Assembly: GCF_009914755.1 (NCBI RefSeq)
Contig: NC_060935.1
Reading direction: 5' to 3' (one strand)
Source of the DNA: the human T2T-CHM13v2.0 reference genome, Homo sapiens
DNA: 64,000 nt
In this document: positions 13,190 to 27,123 of the stretch, in pieces
Position numbering within the stretch: position 1 is the stretch's first letter
How the letters are laid out: each line of letters begins with the position of its first letter
Translations under genes and position numbers: made by a program
Notes under the pieces: generated by a model
Seen by the model: only the letters and a program-made list of their open reading frames with translations
Told to the model about the DNA's origin: nothing
The model's database searches: none

Positions 13190-14795
13190 CAAAGAACCCA
13201 AATAGCCAAAACAATCCTGAGCAAAGAGGACAAAGCTGGAGGTATCATACTACCAGACCTCAAAATATACTACAAAGCTATAGTGACCAAAACGGTGTGA
13301 TACTGGCATAAAAACAGAAACACAAACCAATGGAACAGATTGGAGAACACAGAAATTAGTCCACATAGATTCAGATAACTGATTTTTTGACAAAGGTGTC
13401 AAGGACACATCTTGGGGAAGGAAAAATCTCTTTAATAACTGGTGATGAAAAAATTGGATATCCATTTACAGAAGCATGAAACTAGATGCCCTACCTCTCA
13501 CCCTATACAAAAATAAGCTCAAAATGGATAAAAGACCTAAATGTGAGACCCAAAAGGATAAAACTACTAGAAGAAAACATATGGGAGGTGCTTCAGGACA
13601 TTGGTCTATGAAAATATTTTATGAATAAGACCTCAAAAACAGGCAACAAAAATAAACCAATGGAATTACATCAAATTATTTATTTTGCTGTGCAGAATCT
13701 TTTTAATCAACAGAGTGAAAACACCGAGTATAGAATGGAAGAAAATATCTGCAAATGACTCATTTGGCAAGAGATTAATATCCAGAATACGTAAGGAACT
13801 AAAATATCTCAACAGCAAAAAAGAACCAACCTGATTAATAATGGGCAAATTATCAGAACAGACATTTCTCAAAAGAAGACATACAAATGACCAACAAATA
13901 TATGAAAAAATGTTCAACATCACTAATCATCAGGGGAATGCAAATCAAAGCCATAATGAGGTATCATCTCACTCCAGTTAGGATGGCTATTATCAAGAAT
14001 ACAAAACACAGTGCTGGGGCGGTTGCAGAGAATAGGGAACTTTTATACTCTGTTGGCGGGAATGTAAATTAGCCAAGCCACTATGGAGAAAAGTATGGAG
14101 TTTCCTCAAACTACAAATAAAACCACCATATGATCCAGCAATCCCACAAGTGGGAAAATAAATCATTATATGAAAGAGGCATATGTATCCTGGTATCTAT
14201 TGCAGCAGTATCCACAATAGCCAAGATATGGAATCAATCTAGGTGTCTGACAACAGATGAATGAATAAAAAATTGGTACACATACACCAGGGAATTATAT
14301 TCAGCCATAAAAAGTGTGAAATCCTGTCACTGGCAGTAACATGGAAAAAACTGCAAGACATTCTTAAGTGAAATAAATGAGGAATATAAAATTAAACATT
14401 TTATGTTCTCATATGTGGAAACTAAAGTTGATTTCATAGGAGTAAGAAGAACAGATACTGGAGGCTGGGAAGGGCAGAGAGAAGGGAAGGATAAGAAGAG
14501 ATTTGTTAAAGGATTCACAATAACATCTAAATAGGAGGAGTAAGTTCCAGTGTTCTATATATTGCACTGTAGGATGACTATAGTTAACGATAACATACAG
14601 TTTCAAACAGCTGGAAGGAGGATCCTGAACATTCCTAACAAGAAGAAATGATAAATATTTGAGATGACAGTTATGCTAATTTCCCCAATCAAATCACTGT
14701 GTGTGTACATATAAATATACACACACATATATGTGTACCAAGACATCACTGTGTAACCCCCAAAATACATACAATTATTTTGTCAATTAAAAAAT
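13190..14795 (+). mobile_element. L1MA (about L1MA4-6), 5'-truncated: ORF2 C-terminus and 3'UTR
   Basis: ORF2 remnant (ORF 13887-14072 [30 protein letters not shown]) and L1MA-type 3'UTR gatttgttaaagga...taggaggagtaagttccagtgttctat. Confidence 0.9.
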
Positions 14796-15028
14796 CAATC
14801 GGTTGCAGGACAAATGTATATGCATTTTTTTGTAAACTAAAATTTTGCAATGCTTGATTGGAAAAGCTATTCATTTTATGTATAAAACAATAAAGAACTT
14901 TCAAATAGGTAAATAGAGACCGTCATTTCATATAACCGAGTGTGTTAGCTAGCTCATGTTATAACATAATTTTATTTTTGAGCCAACATGTATATAAATT
15001 AAAATATAAACATAGGTAGACTGTAGAG

Positions 15029-15250
15029 TTGCACTGTCTACTACAGTAGCCACTAGCTACATGAGGCTGTTGAAAACTTGAAACATGGCTAGTCTGCAAT
15101 GAGATGAGATGTAATTTTAAAATTCATGCTGGATTTTAAAGTCTTACTATGGAAAAAGAAAGTAAAATATCCCAGTAATAACATTTCTATGACTACATAC
15201 TGAAACAATTTTTTGGATATGTTGGGTTAAATGTCTTGCTAAAATTTATA
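15029..15250. mobile_element. MER33 hAT-Charlie DNA transposon (partial)
   Basis: gcactgtctactacagtagccactagctacatgaggctgttgaaaacttgaaacatggctagt...ttttggatatgttgggttaaat. Confidence 0.8.
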
Positions 15251-16478
15251 AAATGAATAATTACTCTAATCACGTTAAATCATGTGTATACACACAGGTA
15301 GTATGCACACAAAAAGAAACTCACAGAAATGAAATTAAAGCGAAGCAGAGCTGCATTCTTTCAGGACTCATCAACTACTAAGGGCTCATGGAGTTATATC
15401 TACAATAAGAGACCCCTTGCTGAAAGCAAATGGTTATTGTATCCATGAAATAGAACTGCCATAGCAATTTCCCCACAGGCTTAGCCACCATTACTCCCAT
15501 TGGAAAACTTCTGGAAGAAACTATTGGCTGAAGGAAGAAAAGCATAATGAACTCTGTGGGGCTACACTCTTTCCTTGGATTTCAGTTTAAGGTCTTTACT
15601 GAGAAAGCCTGATGCTGGCCTCTGTAAACATAGTTTCAACTCTGCTGCTACTTTCATCAGGTGTGGAAATCCAGATGATTGTTCCTCAAATTAAGGAAGT
15701 GATAACAATGCAGAAAACAAAAAGGGGCAAATCAATTCCTTTTTTTGTTCTTCTCTTATTTACATCTGAGAAACTCATACCTATTTGTTAAACAAGGATT
15801 AAAAGAAAAGGAAATACATTGTTATCCTGTGAGTAGTATGGGGTAAAGAAAGGTAATTTTTCTTTTCATCTGGTCAATTTTCACTCCTTAAGCCACAAAC
15901 TAGAACACTTCTGATCCCAATTCTAATATTGTTCCCACGAAACTATAGTGTTTGAATACAAGAAACATTTAAACTCTGCAGTGTAACAGAGCTATAAAAA
16001 AGTAATAGGTGTCACCAACAGAGAGCTTGAGTCACTTGGAAATTACGTGATACCTCCCTTATTTATTTTGTAGAAAAAAAAATCTCAAGGAGTTTTGAAG
16101 AGGGTTCTTTCAAATAAGACTTTAAGTTCCATATCATTTGCTAGAACAATAAGTTGTTAAATAATTTGACGTTTCATTATGTTCTTTACCCGAACTATGG
16201 GAGAAAGCAAATACAAAAAACCTTCAACCATCCGGATGGCCAGATGAGCCCTGAAGAAAGAAGCAGCATGATTCAGGCTTTCTTTTTTAAAATTTGAGTG
16301 TTTTTGCTGCATGCCAAATATGCATTTCTGCATTTAGAGAAGAATGTTCCCAAGCATAAGGAGTGGAGTTCCATTCATAGCTCATCAACGCTTATCTAGA
16401 ATTCTCCTGTAGTCAAATTATGTATTTTAAATGTCCATAGAATATCTTGCCACTTTTTAAATAAAGAACAATAATCTC

Positions 16479-18025
16479 TTAAGTTCCTTATAGAAGCTAG
16501 ATATGTTAGACCTTTCCAAGATGAACAGTTTAAAAAATTTTCTTCCATTCTGTAGGTTGTCTGCTGACTCTGTTGATTGTTTCTTTTGCAATGCAGAAGC
16601 TCTTTAGTTTAATTAGATACCATTTGTCAATTTTTGCATTTGTTCCATTGCTTTTGGTGTCTTCATCAAGAAATTTTTGCCTGTGCCTGTGTCCTGAATG
16701 GTACTGCTTAGGGTGTCTTGTAGGTTTTTGATAGATTTGGGTTTTACATTTAAGTTTTTAATCCATTTGATTTAATTTTTGTATATGGTATAAGGAAGGG
16801 ATCCAGTTTCAGTCTTCTGCATATAGCTAGACAGTTATTTTAGCACCACTTGTTGATAGGGACTGCTTTCCCCATTGCTTGTTTTTGTCAGGTGTTTCAA
16901 AGATCAGATAGTTGTAGGTGTGCGGTCTTATTTCTGGGTTCTTTATTCTGTTCTGTTGGTCTATGTGTCTGTTTTTGTACCAGAACCATGGTATTTTGGT
17001 TATTGTATCACCATACTATAGTTTGAAGTAGGGTAGCGTGATGCCTCCAGCTTTCTTCTTTCTGCTTAGGATTGCCTTGCCTCTTTGGGCTCTTATTTAG
17101 TTCCATATAAATTAAAATTTTTTTTCCAGTTTTGTGAAGAATCTCAATGTTAGTTTAATAGGAATAGCATTGAATAGCACTTTCACTAACCACTTTCAAA
17201 ATTCACTGTTCAAAAATAATCCATACATTTGGCCAACAATCATATGTAAAAAAAGCTCAACATCACCAATCATTAGAGAAACATGAATCAAAACCACAAT
17301 GTGATACCATCTCATACCAGTTAGAATGGCTATCATTAGAAAGTCATAAAATAACAGATGCTGGCAAGATTGTGGAGAAAAAGGAAGGTTTGTACACTGT
17401 TAATGGGAGTGTAAATTAGTTCAACCGTTATGAAAGGCAGTCTGGCGATTCCTCAAAGACCTAAGAAGAGAAATACCATTTGCCCCAACAGTTCTATTAC
17501 TGGGTATATACCTAGTGGAATACAAATTTGTTGTATTATAAAGACACATGCACTCGTGTTCATTGCAGCACTATTCACAATAGCAAAGATATGGAATCAA
17601 TCTAAATGTCCATCAGTGATAGACTAGATAAAGAAAATGTAGTACATGGACACCATGAAATACTATGCAGCCATAAAGAAGAATGAGATCACATCCTTTG
17701 CAGGGACATAGGTAGAGCTGGAGGCCATTATCTATAGAAAACTAAAACAGGAATAGAAAACTAAATGCCACATGTTCTCACTTATAATATGTATGTGGGA
17801 ACTAAATGATGAGAACATGCAGGCGTATAGGGGAACAACACACACTGGGGCTTATTGGAGGCTGGAAGGTGGGAGGAGGGAGAAGTGAGAAAAAATAACT
17901 AATGGGTACTAGCTTTTGTACCTGGGTGATGAAATAATCTGTACAACAAATCCCCATGACATAGGTTACCTATGTAACAAACCTGCACATGTACCTCTCA
18001 ACTTAAAAGTTAAAAAAAAAAAAAA
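16479..18025 (+). mobile_element. L1PA13-15-like insertion with 5' inversion (inverted 16479-17175, sense about 17204-18025)
   Basis: Antisense ORF2 segment followed by sense ORF2 end, G-rich 3'UTR and A14 tail; the two segments are near-adjacent in the L1 consensus. Confidence 0.9.
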
Positions 18026-18120
18026 TTCATAATTTGGTGAAGTGTGTTTTACTTTTTTACTTGAAAGTTAATGGGGAATAATTCAAACCTTTTCGTGTTC
18101 CAAGTTACAGTATGTTTCTT

Positions 18121-18602
18121 TGTAGAACAGAAAAAGTAGTATCTTTCCTTACCCATTGCTATTCTACGGCTGCCATTGCTATAACAAAAGACAGGTTAAC
18201 AAGAGAAAAGCCTACAAATTTAGTGTGTGTGACATGGGAGCCTTCAGAAATGAAGATTCAAATAAACAGGAAAAATTGTGTACATTTTATGCTAAGTCAG
18301 AAGAAGTGGACAGTTGAGGAGAAACATGATTGGACTTAAGGGGGTATGATTTAGAAATCCCAGGTGGGAGGGGAGGCTTAGCAAGGCCTCTCCATATTCT
18401 TCAGATTCTTCTTGGTATCTCTGTGTTTCACTCCTTTGCCCTAGGTATAGGGCAGGGCCTATGACCCATTTTTAGGGGAAGGTTACCTAGGTTTTATGGC
18501 CTGCTTTAGGGGAGAAGCGTGGGAAATTTTTGAGGGCTTGCTTCTGTTGTTTCCTCAAATGCCACTGTTATATTTTGTGGTAGGCTGTCCTGAACCCCAT
18601 CA
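18121..18602 (-). mobile_element. MER67-like ERV1 solo LTR
   Basis: TG...CA termini (tgtagaac...tgaaccccatca), ataacaaaagacaggttaacaagagaaaagc motif, 4-bp TSD TCTT typical of ERV1. Confidence 0.8.
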
Positions 18603-19345
18603 TCTTTGTGCCCATCAAAAATGAAATCAATGTTATTGTCTATGTTAAATAGGTTTTCCCATCATGTACAGGAATAGTATTTGAAAGGGGAAAAATAAGT
18701 CAAGCATCAGTCAGGTTAACAAATCTTACTCATGCTTTCAAATTCTATTGCACAACTTTTGCAATACAGGACTAATGAAATTGTCCCAATAGTTGTTGCC
18801 AAAGAAGATGTTTAGCTAAGTAGGTGGGGATGAGTAGCAGCATTTGCATTTTCAAGGGGGAAAGGGAATTTGTTAAATGCATGTTCACACGTAGGACTCA
18901 AGGGAACTTATTTTGAGAGAAATTTGAAGAAGGTGTTTTCACGAGGCACTTAAAATTCAATGCTTTGAGATATCATACAGTATGTTGTTTTTAAGTTATT
19001 TTGGTTTCACTCATGTGCTTTGTTATTATCTCCCTTTGTGTAAGAACCTGATGTTTTTGCTCATATTTCTTGTATGATTTAACATGGGAATGTTGTGAAA
19101 CATTTTTATCTGTTGCATGAGAAATACCATCTATTCCCCAGTTTATACATTAATGCTTAACAAAATATAGACGTACTATATGAACCTAATGTGTATACTA
19201 GTTATCAAACTTTACTAATACATATCAAAATATTCTATTTCTACTAATACACAAATCTGGCACACAAATCTAGATTAAGTACATATTTTCAGCTATAGAC
19301 ATTTGTATTTAAGGCCAAAACACAATTTCTTCGTACTTTTTTCAT

Positions 19346-19592
19346 GTAGCTGTCTGGACAGGCTAGGTTATGCTAATGGTAACAAAGTTAAAATTTCAGT
19401 TGCCTAAAACAGAAGAGGTTATTTCTTGTTCACAGATTGTGTGTGTATCATGGGTTGGCTGGTGGCTGTTTTGTGCATGGCTGTTTTCCTCACATTGGAG
19501 CCTAGGTTGAAACAGCAGGCGTGAACATTGCTGCCAATCTCGGTAGACGTCAGAAAATAAGAGTGTGGCAAGTTGTGCACTCATTAACTTGT
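19346..19592 (-). mobile_element. MLT1K/L-like MaLR LTR fragment
   Basis: ggacaggctaggttatgct...gtaacaaa...ttcagttgcctaaaacagaagaggttatttcttgttcac. Confidence 0.65.
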
Positions 19593-22500
19593 TACCTAGA
19601 ATAAGAAATAGCTGGAATAATTTTGAACGGTCCAAACTACTAATAAAATATGCAGACAAAACCCTAGTAACCCTAACTGTGATCTAAATATTTGTCTGTG
19701 ATATCAAATACTTAAAATTCCCTGTGGAGTATGTGGGGTTGGGGGAGAGGAGACAGATCATACATTTGATAATTACCAAGTCAAGATAAAAACTTCCTGC
19801 CACCCACTGCAGAATTCTGAAGACAATAGGTTCAGAGAACACATCTGCCATATGTAGCAAATAAATACTTTATTATTGTTTGTGCTTTAGCTCCAAATTT
19901 CATGTCTTGGAGAGTTGAGGTTGAACTAGTCAAACTCCTTTAGCATAACCAAGTAAAATCAGCCTTCCCCATCTCTCCCTCCTCCTACTCATCTCATTCC
20001 TATGCCCTTGGTTTGCCAACATAGGACATATCCCATAATGGAAAGCTCAGGTCCTTTGGGTTGAGCTTTAAAAAGCCCAACAGAGTTCTTAAAAAGAAAA
20101 TAGAGAAGAAGAATCCAAAAGATTAAAAAAAAAAAAAGGCTCAAAACAGAGATTCCAAAATAGAGAACAGGCCAATAAACCAGAAATGTGAATGATCAAG
20201 AAAACTGTTTGGCCATTTCCATGGATCTTTCTCAAATCGACAAATAAAATCATAATCTAAATTTGTCCAGGATATTTTTATTTTATATATTTTTTTCACA
20301 TGCTTTTTTTTTTTTTAACAAAGGGCAGAACTCCATGTTTAAAATCCCCTGTATTTGGTTTGAGTGTAGCCAGATAGAAGCATAGAAGCATATCTGGCTT
20401 GTGTTACCTGTTAACACAAAGGGCACACCTAGCCACCCAGCGGATCTGAAAGCTGCCAGCTAAAAGGAATACAATTAACCTAGTGTGATAGGGCACTGAG
20501 GGGGAAAAGAGACAGAGGCAAAGAGAGAGATCATTGGCATCACAAAAAGACTTGTACATAAATGCCATTTTCCTGGGGAGGGTTAATTTTTGTCTTTTCA
20601 TAATTAATTTTTGTGCTAGCCCTCAGATAGTTTATCTGTCTGCTAGTCCATAAACAAATAGTGAATAATTTCTGGATGAATAATATTGGATATTGCAGAT
20701 TCTCCTTTCCCGCAGTTCTCAATCTAGTCCCTTTGACCTCTATTACAGAAAGTTATTTTTGCTGATAATCTATGGTTTTAAACCTACTGACAGGCCACTC
20801 CATGTGGTACATTCCTGCTAAGTAACTTAATTGAGATCAGATTAGTCTGAGACAATTACCTAGATTTACATATTTATGAAACCAGCCTTGGCATTGCCTG
20901 AAACATGAAAGCAATGAGAATGAATCTAGAAGAAAGAAACAAGAACTTCCCTTTCTCACCCTCAAAAAAAGAGTAGTTCAGAGAGAATATCATAATTTTT
21001 CCTATAATGTAGATATTTTTTCATGTGTTAGTATTAGAATTGTTACAGTGCCTAGTGTTTTTAAATTATAACTATAATTAGTATACTTTAAGCTGTGGGT
21101 GGTGATGCAATAGAGAAATCAAAGTTTTAAAAATCTAGTTTTAATAGCAACAGCAGTTCACGCAATTAAGCTAGCAATTCAGTGAACTGCATCTTTTACA
21201 AATTCCAAGCTTTGCCGCATCATGGGGTGACTTTATAGCCTACTGTTTTCACATCCTTGTTGATATCTTGAATTAGTCAAGCATCTGTTATTCCAATGAA
21301 ATCAGGTATCTATTTCAGTACTTTTGTTTTCAGCATTGCAGTCATGATCTCATTTCTTTTGTATATGTTCATAAATGAAAAACATGTTTCTAATACTTAT
21401 ATTTATTTTTTTCACATGCTTGTTAACAAAGGGCAGATATGAAGGGTTGTTTTTTTAAATTGATCTATATAAAGGCACATTCTCTCAATGTTTCCATTTA
21501 CTTTTTTTGTTGACGTGAGAAAACTAAGTCAAAGAGGATTTATTTTGAAACTTAAGTAAGTTGGCAGGTAGTCATTAACTGTGCTTTCATAATCTCATAA
21601 ACCACTGAGTTCTGTATCATTTTACTTCCATCATAATGTGTAGACAAAATATGAAGGGGTTAACCTAAGGAGTCTAGATAATTTTTTAAATACTTCTAAA
21701 ATACCTTGATATCAAGTATATTAAATATATTAGGCATATAAAGAAAAACAAAAAAGCATACAACCACAGTTTTAAATCTCAGACTTTGTTAATAAAATGA
21801 CTCTAGTCAATATACTTTTCACTAAGTTGTGATTTTTAATAGCATAAGAATGAAACAAATATTTTCAACTAAAATACATTTTCTAAGTTCCAAGCATTAG
21901 AGAAAAAGTCTTGAGATATATTCCTTTTTATATTTAGTTCAACTGCTCATTGTTGAAATGCTTTAGATTCAAAATGTTAAGCTGACAGAAGAGTGACTGG
22001 TATGAAAAGGTAATATATATCCTTCTTTAAATTTTATTCACATGTCATATGATTGTCTGGAAGACTGTCATTTAATGCTAAATCTTTTTATTTCTCCCTG
22101 TTATTGTTGATACCTTTTCATCATGAGTGGGAAAAACAGATTACACTCCCCAATTAAAAAAAATAAAAATATACAGCTATAGGTGGTTTGGGGTTATGAA
22201 ACTATTTGCTATCCAGAAAATAAACATTGAAATTATATTAAGAATGTATTGATTGTATGAATGGCAAACAACTTTCAAATAACAGCAAATATTACCCATA
22301 GCTTATAAATTCTGAAAAGAAAATAACCAAGCTGTTTCAATCAATCAATAATAGCTATTTTAAATGGCTACAAAAAAGGGTGATGTTTGACATATTTTAC
22401 CAAGACAACAGAAGATTCTAAACATAGCTCATTCTTCATAGTTTAGTATCTGTGGATTAGAAAGAATCAGTTACTTTATTTTTGTCTCCAAGGATTTATC

Positions 22501-23225
22501 GAAGGGCTAGGAGGGCAGAGAACTGGGAAAAGTAACTGTCAGAGCAGTTAAAAAGTGTTTTAATTTATATATATTAAATCTTATAAAATCCTGTCTAGGA
22601 AGACATTATTAATTATGGAGGAAAAAACTAAGGCTTGCCTGTGAGCACACAGTCAAACACAAGGAGAGATTTTACCTGAATCCAGGATTTCTGCACCCAG
22701 AATCTATGTGTGTATTTATTCACCATGAATTTGCTCAAAAACAAAACTGTAAAGAAGAAACAAGTGAAGGAAAAGGGTGGATACTGTTAAGAAGGCTTTT
22801 CTTTCCTTTCAAATTAAGGTGTAACTAAGTCAAGTTAGTGGGAGGAATGGATAGAAAAACATGCACTGTGTTTAGGATTCAAAATAAATTGGCCCTTGGG
22901 GAAGTAAAAGGGAGGATAAAGTGAGGAGAATGCAGAGGCTGCAACTGAGGACCCCAGGGATTCATTAAATGTGGTTTAATCAGTCACACATGGCATGTTC
23001 ACCCTCCGTATTTAATGGGCGTTGGAGGAGGAGCTCAATAATCTTCCCAGTAGTTTTATTTCTCTCAGGTTCGTTGTGTCAGTTACTTGGATGGTACTTG
23101 ATTTTTGCATAAGGCAGTCAGGAAGGGCCAAGGGCACCTTTGTGAAAAACACATGAACAGAACAAATGTTAAATACACCCAGCCCATATTTAATATTTCT
23201 CTCATTCGGCCTGACTGGCTAAGAC

Positions 23226-23715
23226 TTGGTTGGTACAAACTTTTGAGGAGACAATTTGAGAAGACACATCAAAAAAATTTTATATGTTTATTTTCTTTAT
23301 CAATTCTAAAATACTATACAAAAAAGATTGCAGAAGTACACAAAGATGTACAGAGAGATAACTGACATTCATGCTCACAAAAATGTTAAAAATGACTGAA
23401 ATATCAAAAAAGAAGTATGGTTAAATACATTACTCTGTGTCTATAAGACCAGTTAGTATGCAGTAATTGATCATAATGATTGAGAAATGTATGATAATAT
23501 ATTGCTGAGGGAAAAAGCAGATTTCAGACACTATGGTCTGGTGTAAAGTTATACATGTTTACATAGATTGAGAGATATAAAGTTTCAAACATAGATATGA
23601 ATGTTTAACTTCTATGGTGCAGGATTATTGATTATATTTTAATACTTCTTTTTCTTTGAATTTTTAAAGTTTTCTTCAATGTATATTGGTCACTTTTGTA
23701 AGTTTAAAAATGCTA
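23226..23715 (+). mobile_element. L1ME-type 3' end (ancient)
   Basis: tggtacaaacttttgaggagacaatttg...tggttaaatacatta...gaaaaagcagatttca...ttttcttcaatgtatattggtcacttttgtaa. Confidence 0.6.
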
Positions 23716-24939
23716 AAAAGTAAAAATATGAAAAAATCTTCCCATTAGGCTTGAGTAACAATACCAAATTTGACATATAAAACTCAATACTTAGATATTT
23801 ATAAGAAATTGCGGCTTGCAATTCATTAGTCAAAGGGGCATTTGCAGAATACAGTAACTTTTTCAAGGCATCTGGATGCCAAGTCCTGAAAAAACTCCTT
23901 ATTCTGAAACAAAGATTTTTAAAGTACCATTTTGTATTATAATCCTTTTGGTTTGTATGCTCAAACTAAGTCTACATTATCTAATTTAAGTCATGTGTAG
24001 AATAAGCATAAATATTTGCCTAAAAAGTTTGGATTGTTACTCTTAATGCTGACGATATTTCTGAATGAAAAATTCTATCATCCCAACATCATACCCAGCA
24101 AACTCTAACTGACAGATTGTATGATGTTTTTTAGCTCATTTTGATGGTTTTGCAAAAGAAATACACACATTTTCATATATTGCAGGTCCAGTAGTTCCAG
24201 AAATCCTTGTGAACATTGCAACATTGATAAGACGAATCTTATAAGCTTTAATTAACTTTCAAGTATTCTGAGATACCTGATATTTGTATATCAGCTCCTC
24301 CTTTTTGACCTGAGTTATGACAGGACGAGGTTAATGTGCATAGCCCTTCTCACATTGTATCTGGTTCTCCATTCTTCGGATTGTTCAGGCCCTGAATTAG
24401 CCCATAGACTCTCATTTTGGGTGTGTCTACTCTGTGGGTAATCTGGTTGTCTTTTTTTTTTTTATTTTTGATACCTCTTTGGGACAGTGTATTCTAGTTT
24501 GTGTGTTGAATGCTAATTTTTTAAAAATGTTCCAAAAACTATGTGGTCTACCATGTTCTGCTTTGTAAATACTATGACATTTAAAATGAATGCAAAGTGG
24601 ACAAAATATACTCTTTATCAAAGGAAGTTAACAATATAGCATTTAAGTTTCTTCTTTGGTGATGCTTGGCCAATTTGCTTAATGTTATAGTATGAAAAAA
24701 AAAAAAAAAAAACACACATGACCAAAAAGTTCTGTCTAAAGAATTGGGAAATTTGGGCTTGAAGATGTAATTTAAGGTAGAGGAATTCAGTTTATTCATT
24801 TAGAGTTCTTGGCATATCCTCCTGTATTGACTGCAGGTATGTGGGCCGAGGGTAATTTTTGCCTGAAGATGGAAAGAATACCTCTTACTTGCTGACGTAT
24901 AAATTGATGATAAAAACAGGATGAAAAAAGGGATTTGTA

Positions 24940-25145
24940 GAACGTAGAGCTAAACATATTTAGATGTGGTTTCTATTGCAGTTATTTCTAGGCATGTAAC
25001 TTTGAGCAGATTACTCATCCTCTTTGACTTTTGTCTCCCCGTATAGCAAATGCAGAAAATAATGTGAAACTTATAGTGTTGTAGCAATTAAATATGCTTT
25101 TTATATAAGGAAACAAATATAATTCCTGGCATTTGCCAGTGCCTT
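24940..25145 (+). mobile_element. MIR SINE
   Basis: tgtaactttgagcagattactcatcctctttgac...aaatgcagaaaataat. Confidence 0.55.
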
Positions 25146-25394
25146 TTTCCCTAAATATCTAAAATGCTATGGGTGAACATGCTTGTTGAAAATAAATCTT
25201 GCAGAAATTGCCAGTGTCAAACCTTGTTGTATTTTACCAAGGAATGTACCACCTTTTGCTTGTCTGGTGTTATTTTAAATCTAGCTATGGAAACTTAAAC
25301 CTGCTCATCCACAGTGTTCTTGGACACTTCTATTTTTATAATTTCGCTCTTTTGCTTCCATGACCTCTCCTTCCTCATCTTGTGCTTAGGTCCG

Positions 25395-25556
25395 AGTCTT
25401 TTGAACTTTTTAAGTCTGATTCTTCCTATCTACAATATGGGAATAATAACACATTACTTAATGGCAATTATGAAATTTAAGTGAGATAATCTACATCTGC
25501 GGCTTCAAAAAGTATAAAATACTATGCAATTATACTGCCATGTTGTTGCTATTATT
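25395..25556 (+). mobile_element. MIR SINE fragment
   Basis: ttcctatctacaatatgggaataataac...ttaagtgagataat. Confidence 0.6.
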
Positions 25557-25775
25557 ATATGTAGATGCTTAAATCTTCTAAAAGGAGTGATCAGAATTGA
25601 GAATATTAGCATGTGTCCAATTGTACAATTTGCAAATTCAAGCCTAAATTAAAGAAGTAGATTGGACTGTCAAAATGGCATGCTTGTGAATAACTAACTG
25701 AGCACAACAGCTTGGTGCAGTCCTACTATTCACATAATTTAAGATTAAGGAGCACTGAGGGCCACTGGGCACAAG

Positions 25776-25992
25776 CAGTTGTATGCTGATGCCAATTCAT
25801 GCTGGCGCCAGTTTGTACTGGCTCTTGATAGCTGATTGTGCCCATCTTTTTCCAACTCCAAATTCAATGACCTCACACTGGTAGCTTAAAATTGGCTAGA
25901 ATCAGTATTTCACCAAGGAAATCGCGGAACTACAAATTAGGACTTGTTTTGTTTTGAGACGCAGCTGTCAAACATTTACCAGCTTACTACTG
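25776..25992. mobile_element. MER63A hAT-Blackjack MITE
   Basis: Termini cagttgtatgctg...ccagcttactactg, internal ttccaactccaaattcaatgacctcacactggtagctt; degenerate 8-bp TSD ggcacaag/ggcacagc. Confidence 0.85.
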
Positions 25993-26330
25993 GGCACAGC
26001 CCTCACTATGCCCATTAAAGGCATATCATGGTTAATAAAATTCCACTGGATGTATTTGTATACAATAAGAACATTTGAAAAAGTAATCTTTTCTCTTTGA
26101 AATGATGTGTGTGTTATTTCTGACAAGGTGAATTCTTTTACGTTACATTATATTATGAAATAGAGAATACAGCCAAACAGAGCAAGATACCCAGTAGCAG
26201 AAAGATTTCTTGCTTTCAATCTACGATTTCTGAGATAGATAGCTAATTGGCATCTGAAAGCATTAAAGAGTCACTGTTAACAACAGTATTTGGTATTTGC
26301 TACTTATATTTTATTTGACAATCTATCTTT

Positions 26331-26414
26331 TTTACTTTGTGTATCTAGCGATTTCTTCAGACGCTGAGGTATTTTACTTTGTGTATCTAGCAATTTCTTC
26401 AGACTCTGAGGTAT
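26331..26414. repeat. 42-bp tandem duplication (2 copies, 2 mismatches)
   Basis: tttactttgtgtatctagc(g/a)atttcttcagac(g/t)ctgaggtat repeated twice. Confidence 0.95.
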
Positions 26415-27123
26415 AATTTAGACTGCCTATTACCTCAATGAAAGTGCAATTTGTTTCTAATTTATCAGGCCTTCTGAATTTTTGTTTGAATTTATAATTA
26501 GAATATGCTTCCTTTGAAAGAAATACAGGAGCCAAATTTATATATGCATTTTTATTATGTTCCAATATACTGCCACTATACAACTTCATTTTTCTTAAGA
26601 ACCCCAACAGCACTTAATAAAATAGAGGTTCTTTCACAAGAATTTCTAAAATAATTTTTAAGATATCAATCAGGACTAAAATTTATTTCAACTTAAATGG
26701 AGATTATTTTAAATCAGTTATGTATATTTAATAATGGCATAATAATAATTGATAGGAACAAACACAAAACTCATTCCTATGTGTTGAGTCTTATTTTCCT
26801 AGTACCTAAGTTACTCTTTAGTCTTAAGTCAGACATTATAGAATTACAGGTTCCAGGGCCATGACCAGCAATTTAATAAGCAAAGTGGTTGTTAGGTATG
26901 TCAGATATTTAATGGAGTGAATTTAAAATTAACATTCGCTCAGAAGATATATGTACTAATTGACTATTACATGCACAGTTCTACATGGATGCCCTCTATT
27001 TGAGAGTCCATAGTGTATGCTTTGTAAATATTTGAAGCAGGATGGAAGAATGGGTCCTGAAGAATACACAAAAATGTAACACTCAAGAGTTTTCCATAAA
27101 AAAGCATTAAATTCTAGTTAAAG

